Assembly: GCA_000708835.1 (NCBI GenBank)
Contig: DF237156.1
Coordinates: 80,075 to 144,074 of the forward strand
From: Klebsormidium nitens
Lineage: Eukaryota; Plantae; Klebsormidiophyceae
Direction of reading: 5' to 3'
Length of the DNA stretch: 64,000 nt
Part shown: positions 1-11,699 of the stretch, piece by piece
Numbering within the stretch: position 1 is the first letter of the stretch
Layout of the letters: every line of letters begins with the position of its first letter
The notes under the pieces: model-generated
The model's database searches: none
Told to the model about the DNA's origin: nothing
What the model saw: the letters and a program-made list of their open reading frames with translations, nothing else
Position numbers and translations under genes: made by a program

Positions 1-3000
1 CACAAGCTGATATTGATTTAAAATGCCCGACTGCGGTGTCAGGAGACGTTCATTTGTTTCTCACACTTAGCTTGTTTCCTGCGCTCCTCAGTGCCGTCTT
101 TGACACTGACCTTTCGTTTTTTTTGCAAACCAAGAGCCCTTTTTTCCGACTGCCGCTCGACAGCAAGCGGAAAATCATAACAAACACTCGTTCCTTGCAA
201 TCAGTACCAGCTCCCACGGTCTTGCGCAAAAGAGACGCCCCTTACCGCCACAATCTGCGCGGAACGGACCCGGAACGAACCGGAACGAATCGGAACGAAA
301 CCGAGGGTTCTGGAATCACCCCGTAAGTGTACCAAGTCACTAAATGCTCTCATGAGCGGAACGGACGAACGGAACGGAACGGAACGGAACCGAGAGTTTT
401 GTACTCACCCCAGTAAGTGTAACGGTTCACTTCGATGCTCCCAAGGTCAGTCCCGGCGTATTGACTCCGGCTCGGGATAACATCCCAGTTTGCCAGCCAA
501 TATCCGGTAAGGTTTCTGGGATCGACTCTGTAGAACCTCTCTTCAGTGAAGGGGGTTCCTTCCTCAAAGTCCGGGTTGAGGAGAAGGTTCCCGGTAACCG
601 GGGGCACTGAGAAAGTCGGGTAAGCGTGGGTTAGCGGTTAGCAGTTGGAAGAGATGGTCATCATGCAGTGGTCAGGAATTTTGCGAATTAAAGGAATCGT
701 GCAAAGAATGGTTTTGCTCACGCAGCAAACTCGACGTGCAAATGGGCTACGAGAACGTACTAGGGACTCAGACATCCTTCCAGTCTGATAGTAGGCCTTT
801 TCAAACAGCTCCTTCTATGAAGACTCCGGAGGTACAATTCAGTGTGAAACGTTCGAGAAAGTGAGAAATAGAGATTCAAGGAACATCGCACAGACTTTCC
901 TCCAGTTAAGCTGCATCTAGTTTTACGCATGGATCTCTGCTCCACTGAGACGCCAGCTTTTGAAAGGCTCCTCTTAACACCAGAATGCATCTTCAACGCT
1001 CCAGCTCCATTGAAATAGTTTTGAATGCGAAAAAGCTGCTTCCAGCACTTGTCTCTTTGAACCAAGATTGCCAACAAGCAACAGGCCCGGCGAAAATAGC
1101 ATCGAGTTTGACGGTGGCTTACGTGAAGTTGGAGGAGGTGCTGCAAAAACGCCATATTAAGACCAATGTCAGAGATCCGTTGTTCTAAGATGCTTCCATA
1201 CTCAATTCTAAGGGTCTGTACTTTGACGGGAGGAGCCGACCGGAAAACTCAAGACCCGAACCTGACGCGCCAGTTCAGACCCATACATCCATAAAACGTG
1301 TTGTCGACCTTTGACCTGTAAGAAACGGATTCTCAACACTCTGATTGAAGTGTCAGGAACTAAGTGCAGGGTTTGCGAAAGCAGCCGCGCCGCGTCAGGC
1401 AATCTACTCCGCTCCATTTATATATGGATCGTCAATCGTCAACCGTCAACAATAAAGCCCTTCAGCAACGCAACCTGTAAACGCTCACCGCTGACGAACG
1501 TCACGATCGCGCCATCGATGACGCAACCATAACCGTCCGCGGCCGTGTTCCCGCCCTCCGCAAACAGCAGCGTCGTCACCGTTCCGTTCGCCGTGAACGG
1601 AACGGTCTGAACGGAATACTGCATGTCGGCTCTGGTCGGGCTCCCGTCGTTCGCGCTAACCGAAAACTCGACCTCGGCGTCGCCTACGGATACCTCCAAC
1701 CAGCGTAGGCTTTGGTCGTTAGCAAAGTTGTCGGGGTTTCGCGCGAGCGCAAACTGGAGCTGGTACGTAGCCCTCGGCGCCGTTGAGAAACTCTGCGAGG
1801 GGCGCACGTCGAGCTTCCGTTTTTTTAGGATTGTGAGTTTGGAAGTTTTGAGCTCTGGGGAAACCGGGTACGTCCATCTCAAGTGAAGATTTTGAAGAAC
1901 CTACAGAGCTGAACTTCCGACACTGAATGCCAGAAGCTTTGCAAAATGTTGGGCGTTTCTCAAACCACTATCCAGGTGTGCAAGGAGGTGAGTACTTTCA
2001 AGATCAGCTGCAATTTGAGTTCTGCTATTCAGGGCGCACGACAGGAAACTTACTTTCTCAGATTTCAAATTTTCAGCGATGGCTAATCAAACGTCCGGAC
2101 TCTCAAATGTTGCAAGCTTCAAGCACCGCTATTCGCTTCGTTCGAATGAGTGTTGAGCCATATACGCGCACGCGAAAGCATCGGTCAGAGTATGGCCCTC
2201 GAACCCTCGAAATGATAGAGCATTAAGTGACGAATCGAGTAACGGTTCGGGGGTGCGACTCACCTGGCGCATCGCCCCCCCTGATGTTCCTGCCATGTCG
2301 ATCGAACGGTTGCCCGAGAACGGCTCTGCGAAAAGGTGCACACAAGAGGTGAGCAACTTTGACGATATCTGATTAGTCGTGGTAACCCTCGAAAGCCCCA
2401 GCTTTGGCCGGACTATTTCGCCAAGGGCAGCGGAATCGTAGCAGACAAAATTCCCCTGAATCTGTGGAAACTGGGCGGCGGGACTGTGCAGAAATCGGAA
2501 CGGGGGGACGTGGGCAGCTAGCTGACGTGTCCCTTCCGGCGACCAGTCGTCTGAGACTGCTCCTCTTTGGTTGCTCAGCGGTTATGCAACTTAATCCACA
2601 TTCCGGGGGCGTTCGGAATGGATGCTTCAAGATTCTTGCCGCAAGCAACGTGAAGCAGATGCTCTCTGTCGATCAAGCGAAAGCGTCTGAGCAGACAAGA
2701 AGAGACGCGCTGATATATAAAAGCAAAAGATAGTGCCGTGAGCATGCACTCGGTCTAACAAGAGAATCTCATCGTGCTTCCAGATTTGTAAGATCACAGC
2801 AAATGCAAACTCACGCCATTGGAAGTTTCCGTCGACCTCGATGTTCCCCCCGCTGGGGGTTCCGTCTGGGTTATACGGGTTATAGATAATCTCCCAGCCG
2901 GTTAAGTACGCCCCAGTCGAGTTCCTCGGGTCGATTGTGACAAACGTGTCGCTTGTCGAAGAAGCGTCCTCGAAATCGCCGTTAACCAACAGGTTATCGC

Positions 3001-3118
3001 CGCTTGGGCTCGGCGAAAAGGGTGGGTAAGGCTGGGCGGACACATTCACACTGATCCAGCCCAGCAGGAGGAGCACAATGGCCAGCGGCCAGTGTGAAAA
3101 GGCTCTGGGTCGCGCCAT
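1..3118 (-). CDS. Secreted protein with tandem DUF642 / choice-of-anchor-C-like (galactose-binding-like beta-sandwich) domains; 3' end beyond left edge
   Basis: Phase-consistent exons 3118-2815, 2325-2264, 1792-1489, 606-409 with GT-AG sites. Signal peptide MARPRAFSHWPLAIVLLLLGWISVNVSA. Domain 1: NLLVNGDFE..GWEII..GNIEV..WQPFSGNRSIDMAG..MRQSFSTAPRATYQLQFALARNP..LEVSVG..FTANGTVTTLLF..YGCVIDG. Domain 2 begins GNLLLNPDFEE..NWDVI..GSIEV..YW. Exons left of 409 are unresolved. Confidence 0.8.
262..392. repeat. (GGAAC)n pentanucleotide microsatellite in two blocks, part of a duplicated exon/intron boundary
   Basis: ggaacggacccggaacgaaccggaacgaatcggaacgaaacc (~262-302) and ggaacggacgaacggaacggaacggaacggaacc (~358-392). 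Each block is followed by a similar ccgag..tcacccc.gtaagtgt sequence. Confidence 0.85.
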
Positions 3119-6100
3119 CGAGCCTGCGCGAGGGTGGTGAGGAAATCGGGGGCAAGAAAAGCGCAAGGAAAACAGGAATTCGACGCAGATGTTCGGAGGG
3201 ACAAAGAAAGAACAAGGCTTCGCGAAAACCGGATTCCTGCATGTAACTGAAGAGCAATCCTCACAAACATCACAATCAGAAAACGAACAAAGGGTAGGGA
3301 AGAAGATGTGGAAAACATTGTCAGAATTAACACCGGTAGAGGAGTTTTCTTCTGCAAAGTGTCTGAAAGGTGACCTCTGAGGAGCCATTTGAAAGTATAA
3401 ACGCAGCGCTAGCCATGCATGAGCAAATTTGCACTCTAAATTAGGGAACGGTTATAAACCGTTGGTTGACAGTGCGACGATGACAGCAAGATGACAAAAG
3501 CGTTGTTTTCCCCCAAAAGCTCGACAACAGGTGACGCACATGTCTTCTCAAAGAAGAGGTCGCTCCGACTCAAGTCAGCAGCGCAAGGCAAACGATATGC
3601 CGAATTCGGTGCGCCTAATCGGGGTTGCCTGTTGCTGGACCCAGTGAATTCCTTGTCGGACATGGATGCGCTTACCTTCAATCCAATCGGCAGCAGAAGA
3701 CTATCGTCCCTCCGACACAAGACAGTTTTCTCTCGAAACTTACGTCCATGTACCTGCGAAAGAAAAGGGCGAATAGGTATGTGCTGAATCAGAAGGACTC
3801 ATGTGCCGTTTGCAACGTCCATGAACACTTCCGTCTTGATGGGTTCGATCTTTCGTGCCCTCGAAGATCTCAAGGTGTTGCAAGTTCAGCCCGTCGTTCC
3901 TTTATGACCGAACTGCCAAAGCCCACTAGCTGAAAACCACAATACGGAATCAGAGATATAGATATTTACAATCAGAATGCGAGTTAAAAACACTGAAGTT
4001 TTGGGGCCCCCGGATGCAGTCGTCGCCCCTTCTCCGAAAGATCACCTGTTACGTCGCTACTCGTTCCACCAGAAAACGGCAGTGCCGAGACGCCTGCTAG
4101 CCAAGTTGCCGCCTTATGGTCGAGAGAAGAAGTGAAACAAATCGTTCCTTTAAGATTTTCAGCCGATACTCCTCCTAGCTAATGCAGCAGGATGCGCTGC
4201 CAAACGAGGTGCCCAACGTTCAGGATCGGAAAGGTGTCTTCAAAAGGGTATCGTTAAAAGAAACCAATTGTTTCTTGCTCTGCTGAGGTAGACACAACGT
4301 AGCGTCTAATGCTTCGCTGGTTTACGAATACAACAACCTCTCCTTGAGGAATAAAGGGCTGCTGATTTTGCATCAAGCTGTGACGCATGAAGCGCCGTGA
4401 GATACATCCCTGAGCAACTTTCTGCAATCACTAAAAGGTTAAAAGATTACACACATACAGGGGTAAGGGGAGCTCATGATGTTGAGCAGATTGAGCTGGT
4501 TAGATTGTCTAAGAGTGCAGGGTTAAGGAAAATGGGGTTCAGAGGCGCCGGGGATAGCCATGCAGTAGCTTCAGATCACACCTTTTCCCTTAAGCACCTA
4601 CCATGCATGCGGGGTGGTCAACTGAACACTGTCTAGGTATGAAGGACAGTAATTCCTATTATGGAGAATATTTCCTCCTTTTCCATTGGATCCCAACACT
4701 CCGCACATCGCCAGCGCACTACTCCAAACTACGCCGCCAAACCAGACCCTCTCCAAACCAACGCACAGCATTGTAAAGGCACGATATTGGTGGAGCTTGA
4801 TAACCGCGTCTTTCATTTCCATCGGTGGGATTGGCTCCCACCGCATTTCAAAGGTGCGGACGCATGCAATGCGCAAAGTGCTGCCTCTGCTAGAAAGTAA
4901 ACAATCAGCACAGCGCCCTAGAAAATCCGGCCTGCCCACCCAAGCGCAGATCTACAAGTCTAGGGGCCTATCCACAAACCTGAAGTTCCCCAGAAACCTC
5001 ATGTGCCATGCGTGCCGCACACATACAGCTGGCTGGTTAGCTTCACCCTGGCGCGCAAGCTCTGCTGAGAGGATTTGGCCAAAATACATGACTGCCCGCA
5101 GCTTGAAATCCTAACCCCCAGTATCTGGAATCCAGCTGCATTCCCCACAGTCACATCTCTCTTTCACAGCCCTCTAACTGCCACAGGGGTTTTCTCATTC
5201 TGGATCTGGCTGTGTTTTAACATTGGTAAGGCCAGGGGGAGAAAATGCCACCAAGGTTTTTGGTGAGGATGTCTGTTTAAGGGTTTTTGGTGAGGGTTTC
5301 AGGTCTAACGTTTTCCAGGAAGCAGTTCTGCTGAGGGGGTTTGGGCAGAGGCTTCTTCAGAAAATCACCATGTTTGACATCCCAGAATCCCCCATTGCGC
5401 CTGGTCAAAGAGTTGAGCTGTCCTTTCACGGATGGCGAGTGAAGAGCCCAGCGGTTCACTCCCGAAAATGTCAAATCTACAGGTAGCAGAAGGGGAAACT
5501 AATTTCCATTTGCAATTTGGGTGTGTTACAATCACTCACTTCAGCTCCATGCGTGCAACTTTCCCCTCCGGTGGCGCCGCTTTTAAGTCCGCTCTTGAGC
5601 CCAGTTTGTTACACCCCGCCCAAGAAGCCTTGAACTGAAGTCCCTTACGCAGCGCTATACATTCTCTCATGCAGAAGCTTGTAAGGAGCCACCCTTTCCG
5701 CTCTAGTGCTTCAGGCAACAGTGCCTACAAGTCTACAGGGTGTCTCTGTGCTTGAGAAATAACCACTTACTTAAACTTTCTACTCCTCTGCACACAATCA
5801 AAACCGCCCACGATCAGGCGGAACTGCCCGAAGGTACCGAAGACGCGTCCGAGCGTAATTTCAAAACCTCCCTCTTGGGAAGTTCTACACTTCTCCAAAC
5901 AGCTGTTGACTTCTATCAACAACTTACTATTCTCTTGGGCAGCTTGCTGAAGCGCGCATGGAGATCTGCTACGAGTCCTAAGCGTGGCGGAATGGCACAT
6001 GCCAGCTTTTCTCTAGTGAGATCCTCTTTGAAGCCCGCTTTCTCGCGCTTGCGTTCCCGCGCTTTTCTTCGCCATTCCCATGCTCAAGAGCATGCAACAG

Positions 6101-7720
6101 GACCATGCTTAACTCCTGAGATGCAGAATTGCAATGTCATGTCAAACCTGGCGCATCAAGGAGCGTGTTCCCTGAGATTCAAAAGAACTAAACCTGACAA
6201 TGGTCACAATGGCAACAACAATGAGACGGCCCGAAGTCCTGCCGGGGGGGCCCTCGTGATGCTGCACAAATCGCCACTGACTGAGAAGTCTCTGGAGCAA
6301 CGTGGATGACAGAACGCCTAGCGGGTTAGTCGGTTTGGTCGTGTTGAACGTTTGCGCGAAAGAATTTCTAGAGTTGCACGTTCAAAGGCTATTGAATTAG
6401 GTCACAGGTGCGACTTTATCCCACTTGCTTGGGAGTCCTCCTAAGGACTCGGGGACGCTTGTGTACCTACAACTGGAGAAAAGAATCAGCACTCAGTGCT
6501 CATTCAGTAACTGTAATATTTACACACCCTAGTGGGCATGTAGCAATGTACCTGGTACCCGCTCTAAACTAGGTACATACCGCAGCAGTCTCAATTATCA
6601 CCTTTCGTTAGGGGACAGGCATGGTACCGGGCCCCGGCCCTTTAGGATATGATATGTAGGTACACAACTTGCAGGTGTCGGCGACGTCTTGAAACGGCAG
6701 GGCGCCGAGACGGTCGCTGCAAAGAGCACGGGGACGACCGAGTGGACCGGATATGATTGGTCAACCTTAATGGCCGGTTTGTACAATGATTGAACCCATC
6801 AGGCTGGATTGGAGATCTGGATTTTTGAAGGTTGCATTTCACTCGTCGATTTGTCAATTTGTAATCATTTGAACGGTTCCTGAAAGTCCACGTATTATGC
6901 AACAAAGTCCAGGTTGAGAAGTTCTGACAAGTAGCATGATTGCCAAACCTGAAACCTGCTTCCTTATGTTGTCATCTTGAGCTGGGACAACTAGGTTTTA
7001 CCCAACAAACCTTTGCATGCGCTAACGGTCAAGGCGGACTGACAGTGAGCCAGGCTGAGGGCGGTAAAGGTTAATCGACGTGAGAAGAATGTGCGAAGCT
7101 GCCACGAAACCTTGCCAAATATGGTCACATACGGCTTGCTCCATGTGGCAGATCCTGAATGGTGAAGGTCCTTCGAAAAGTAAATGTGGGCGCACCTGGG
7201 ATTCCGTCTGCTAACGACGGACCTATCCGGGCCGACGTCATTTCGGCCGAGGCTCCTACTGTGCTTCAATGGATACCCGCTGTGAATGGATTACATAGCT
7301 ACCGTATGTAGCTTTGAGCGCTGGGCGTAGAGGCGAATGCAAGTCGCCATTGCTGATTGAGATGTTCACAGCTAGTCTCTGCAGACGTCAGCAGGTAGAA
7401 TTGCTGCAACACTCAGGAGTCCAGCCGCAGTAATCTGCTCTAACAAGAACCTTGCACAGCTCTAGATTCCCACCGTGTCTTCGCATTCAAAGCTTTCCGG
7501 CTGACCTCGCTGATACGCCTTTGCATTTGGTCACAATCCCCTCTCGTGATCAACCAAATCTACTCGACGTCGACGTCGCTTCACATTCTGTCACATGCTT
7601 CATTCTCAGCTCTCATCACTTCACGCCGCTCCCTTCCTTCCTTTAATCCAATTCCAGCCATCTAGATCTCCACATTTCCAGCTCAAGCCAGCTCGACTTG
7701 TCAGCTCGACGGTACATACC

Positions 7721-10422
7721 ATGGCTGCCAGAAAAGAACCGGCTACCGGCTCCAGCTTCGCTGAGAAGAGCCACGACTTTGCTGGGAAGACGCTGCATTT
7801 GCTGGGCGCAGGTGACTTCTTCTTGAGAAGTGTTCAAAGAAGTTCCCTGGAAATGGCCCCCTCTTGTTCTTGCTGCCACGACGTGGCAAGGAAGTCGCAC
7901 GTTAGAAACGCACTCTTTTCGTTTGCCCATGCTAAGTATCTCGACTAGTAAGGTGCCACCTGCAGCCAACCCTTGGGTTCATGTACCAGGACTTGACAGG
8001 CATAGATAAGATTTTGGCAAATCACCTTTCCCCAAAAAAGAAACGGTGTCATGGGTTTTCGAGGTTGGACAGGATGTGAATGCTGGGGGTTTGTAAGTTT
8101 GGAAGTTTCTCAGTAGTCGGCTTGAGGTGATCCAAGAAAATTACTGCAATGAATCTTCAAAATTCTGGGGGTCATATGTAAGTGCGGTTCACAACAAGAA
8201 GCAACACCCCAGGGACTCTTTCTTTCACCAGGGTTCTCATTCAGCTTTTTGTACAGTAGTACTGGAGTGCCCGTTAAAGAGGTGACTGGCGATCCTCCAA
8301 CAGAAGAATTCCTCAGTCTTCTTATCTATCCTTCAGAATACGTTGGAGTGTTGTATTACGATTCCTTTTCAACGAATCTTTCTTCAACCCCCAAAATCTA
8401 GAGACATAATCCAAACAGGATGTCGAGCTGTCGTGCCAGTTGCCAGTCAGTTTTTACAACCCTATTTGCTTTTGTCCATTTTCTAGTACAAAGAAATCTA
8501 ACTACCGTCTCCAAACGCAGGCGTAAGGGAGAGGAAAGTCGGCTTCATGACCGTGAAAGCGTTTGCTCTCGGGTTGTACATCGACGATGAGGGGCTTCAG
8601 CTGTTGCACCGCTTCAAGGGCAACACCGCCTCCCAGCTCGAAAAGTCTGAGGACTTCTACAAGCAGCTCATGACAGGTGGGTAAGCTACGGGACTGGTTC
8701 TCATCCACGGAACCAGAATGAAGCACTTAAAATTCAGACTGAAACACGCAAGAACCCATCAAAAAGTTGCGGGCACGGATGCCTGCCAACCTGCTTTTAC
8801 TTTTTCGATTTCCAGATCTTAAAAGCTCGGAAACTCCAGCGCACTCCAGACGTGTCAGGCTGGCGTGTAGAACATGCTCGGGACTTTTCCCCGGGCAACA
8901 GCAAGCGGTTTGAACGGAACCCAGGGCAGGAACCTGTCAAAGTCTCTTGTTCTGGTCTACCATTTTTTTTACCAACAGCGCATCATTCAAGTTTCTTTTG
9001 CTGACATGCAGGCAACTTCAGCAAGCAGTTCGAGATGATTCTCCAGCGCGACGCGACCGGCGAGGACTTCGGCAAGAAGCTTCAAAAGTCTCCCGTTCTT
9101 AACAGCATATTCAATTCTTGGGCACGCGTTTTTTACTCTCTGTTCCTCCAACGCAGGCAACTTCAGCAAGCAACTCGAGATGATTCTTCAGCGCGACGCG
9201 ACCGGGGAAGACTTCGGCAAGAACCTGCAGGAGACTCTGAAGCCCGGGGTATTGGCGCACGGGGGAAGCGGCGCCGACTTGGATAAGCTGAACGCCCTGT
9301 TTAAGGGCAAGACGATGAAAAGCGGCGCGGGCATCTTCATGGCGACTAGGACCCCGGGCGTGCTGGAGGTGGGTCGCCCTCGCAGACGCTCGAGAACCGC
9401 TTTCCATCAGTTTGTACGAATTCAGAGGTTTTGCATTCAGCGACGTAAGCTCAAGAAAGAGATGTGTCCGTTGCTTTCCTTCCATGAGTCTCCTTGCAAG
9501 TCTGTCTCGCTTTCTCAGACCTACCGTGACGAAAGCGCGAACATCTAGTTGCAAGCGCGTACCTGGTCTCACCAGTGGAACATGGGGACTCTAACGGTAG
9601 GCTTGCCAATGTGTATGGTTACCGACGCTTCGAAGCTAGTAAAAATGCTTCTTTGAAAGGCTTATCAGGACCAAAACTCGCTAAAGTGCCCTTCGTTTTA
9701 AGTTGCCTCTGGTTGTTTTCGACGTCAAAGATGACGTTCGGGATCTCAGTCCACCAGGTCGGTACGGCTCAGGATCCGCTTCCAAGCTGGACTCTTTTGA
9801 TTGATGACGCTTCTAAGCTGGAGCCCCTGAATCTGCTGGTGTGCGATAGTCTAGGTTTCTTTACCAGAAGATTATAATGACGTCTTTTGCAGAATACAAC
9901 TCACCAAGCAATTTCGAGAACGGAAAGTTCTTCTCCTCGTTCTAGGTCGGCTTGGTTGACGACGCGTCCAAGCTCAACCCCGTTAAGACCCTATGAGCGC
10001 TCGCTTAGGTATCATCTTTTTGGAACCCCAGAAAGGTGGTTGAATTACGATCTTTCAAGAAACCCAAGGAATGGTTAAGGAAAATTTTCTCTCTCCTCGA
10101 TTGAGGTCGGCTTGACTGACGACGCTTCCAAGCTGGAGCCCCCTTCAAACCTAGTTAGCGCTTCGTTCAGTCTCCTAACCCAGAAAAACATGGTCGAACA
10201 ACACAAGTTCAATCTAATACTGGAACGTTCTTGTTTTTTATCTAGGTCGGTTTGGTTGAGGACGCTTCCAAGCTTGAGCCCCCCGCCGCGCCCCTCGGTT
10301 CCGTGGAGTCTCCCCCGGTGGTTGCCGCCCTTTTTGAGAATTACCTGGGACCCAAAGCCGTGTCTCCTTCCGCCAAGTCCGCCTTCGCCGCGGGGGCCGC
10401 CAGCCTGCTGGCAACCGTGTGA
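7721..10422 (+). CDS. Chalcone isomerase-fold protein (FAP3/CHIL-like, probably non-catalytic), 211 aa from ATG 7721; possible 42-aa N-terminal extension from ATG 7595
   Basis: Exons 7721-7811, 8521-8676, 9157-9368, 10246-10422 (636 nt, phases match). Motifs KEPATGSSF..LLGAGVRERKVGFMTVKAFALGLYI, FKGNTASQLEKSEDFYKQLMTGNFSK and VESPPVVAALFENYLGPKAVSPSAK match the CHI/FAP family pattern. Confidence 0.9.
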
Positions 10423-11699
10423 ATGCTGACGTCACGATGTGACGCAAAAATGCTAGATAAGTTTGTAGTTTTAGCCAGTGCGATTCTGAGAATTACCTGG
10501 GACAAAGCCGTGTCTCCGTCGGCCAAGTCCGCTTTTTCCGCGGCCGGGCGCCGCCAACTTGCTGGCAACCGTGTGACTGCTGACGTCACTGTGAGATGGA
10601 TAACCATGCTGGTTGGCGCGGATACCGGCGCTTCTTTCCTTAAAGGGGAGCGATTTTGGGGAGTACGTTGCCAGGCGCTGGAATTGTTCGGCGGCTCTTG
10701 AGTTTAGTGTTGTGTGACATGGCTCGTCAGACAAAGTCGATGCAGCCAGCTTAATTTTTGCCGCTAAGAGACCGTACCAGTTGTCAGGTGTTCGGTAATT
10801 AAGACCGAGAGGTGTACGTTATAAAACTTGGAAAGTTTTGCCATTACGATTTGTTATTTCTGAGCATATACAAATCCTTTGCTGGCTTTCAAATCAACCG
10901 TGTACTGTGGTATACCGGCGCTGAGTCAATTACTCAAAAGCTGGCTACTACTATAGGCGATATACCTACCGGCCCTCCGCATTGCGCGTAAAGTCGGATG
11001 CACATGCACGAATACAGAACATGCAAATCCGATCAGGGCTTATAGACAGTAAGTACGTTTAAGTGCAGCGGCGCTGCATGTACGGTCCTCCCGGCCATCA
11101 CGAATTGCATGCTCCTCAGCGGCCGCCTGGCCATGTTGTTACCGTCCGAAAGCACATGTGTGGAGTCAGATCGACGAGTCATGCATGCCATCCAGTTAAT
11201 GATAGCACTGAGGTTTGCTAGCTGCGCGCTGACCGACCTAGCTGCAGCGGATCGCGATTCGACTCGATCATGTGGCGTGCACGTGCCAGCGGCAGAGTCA
11301 TGCGCACTCGGTAAAGTGCGACCCCGCATCCTCTCTTGACAGTGACCCTAACCAGACGCAATCCTGTGGCAATGCATCACAGCATGACTGTCGTGACATG
11401 CTTGAAAGATGATTCTAGGCTTTGAATCCAAGGCGAGTGCGCTCCTCAAGTTTGTCAACGAATGAAACGGACCTCACCGTACATTTTTGCAGAATGGATT
11501 TGACGAGCCTAGTCCCTTGCATACGCTGATACACGACCCCTCAGTGTTTTACCGACTCCGTGCAAGTATCTATGACCTACCATTTCGTGATGCGTTTAGT
11601 ATCAAAAGAATGTTATGCAAAACTCTAGTAAAAATCCCGGACGCCAGCGACCTGTATTCTGTACACACTCAGAACGAAGCCCTTTCAAACACGCGGCGC

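Noticed and set aside
4397-5114. Possible LINE endonuclease remnant (YTHTG..QIELVRLSKS..ASDH)
   Set aside because: Only a loose SDH-type motif; no reverse transcriptase motifs, poly(A) tail or target-site duplication nearby. A tBLASTn or HMM search against retroelement libraries would be needed.
5740-6309. 189-aa plus-strand ORF
   Set aside because: Non-ATG start, no recognisable motif, no convincing splice partners, and codon usage unlike the real exons.
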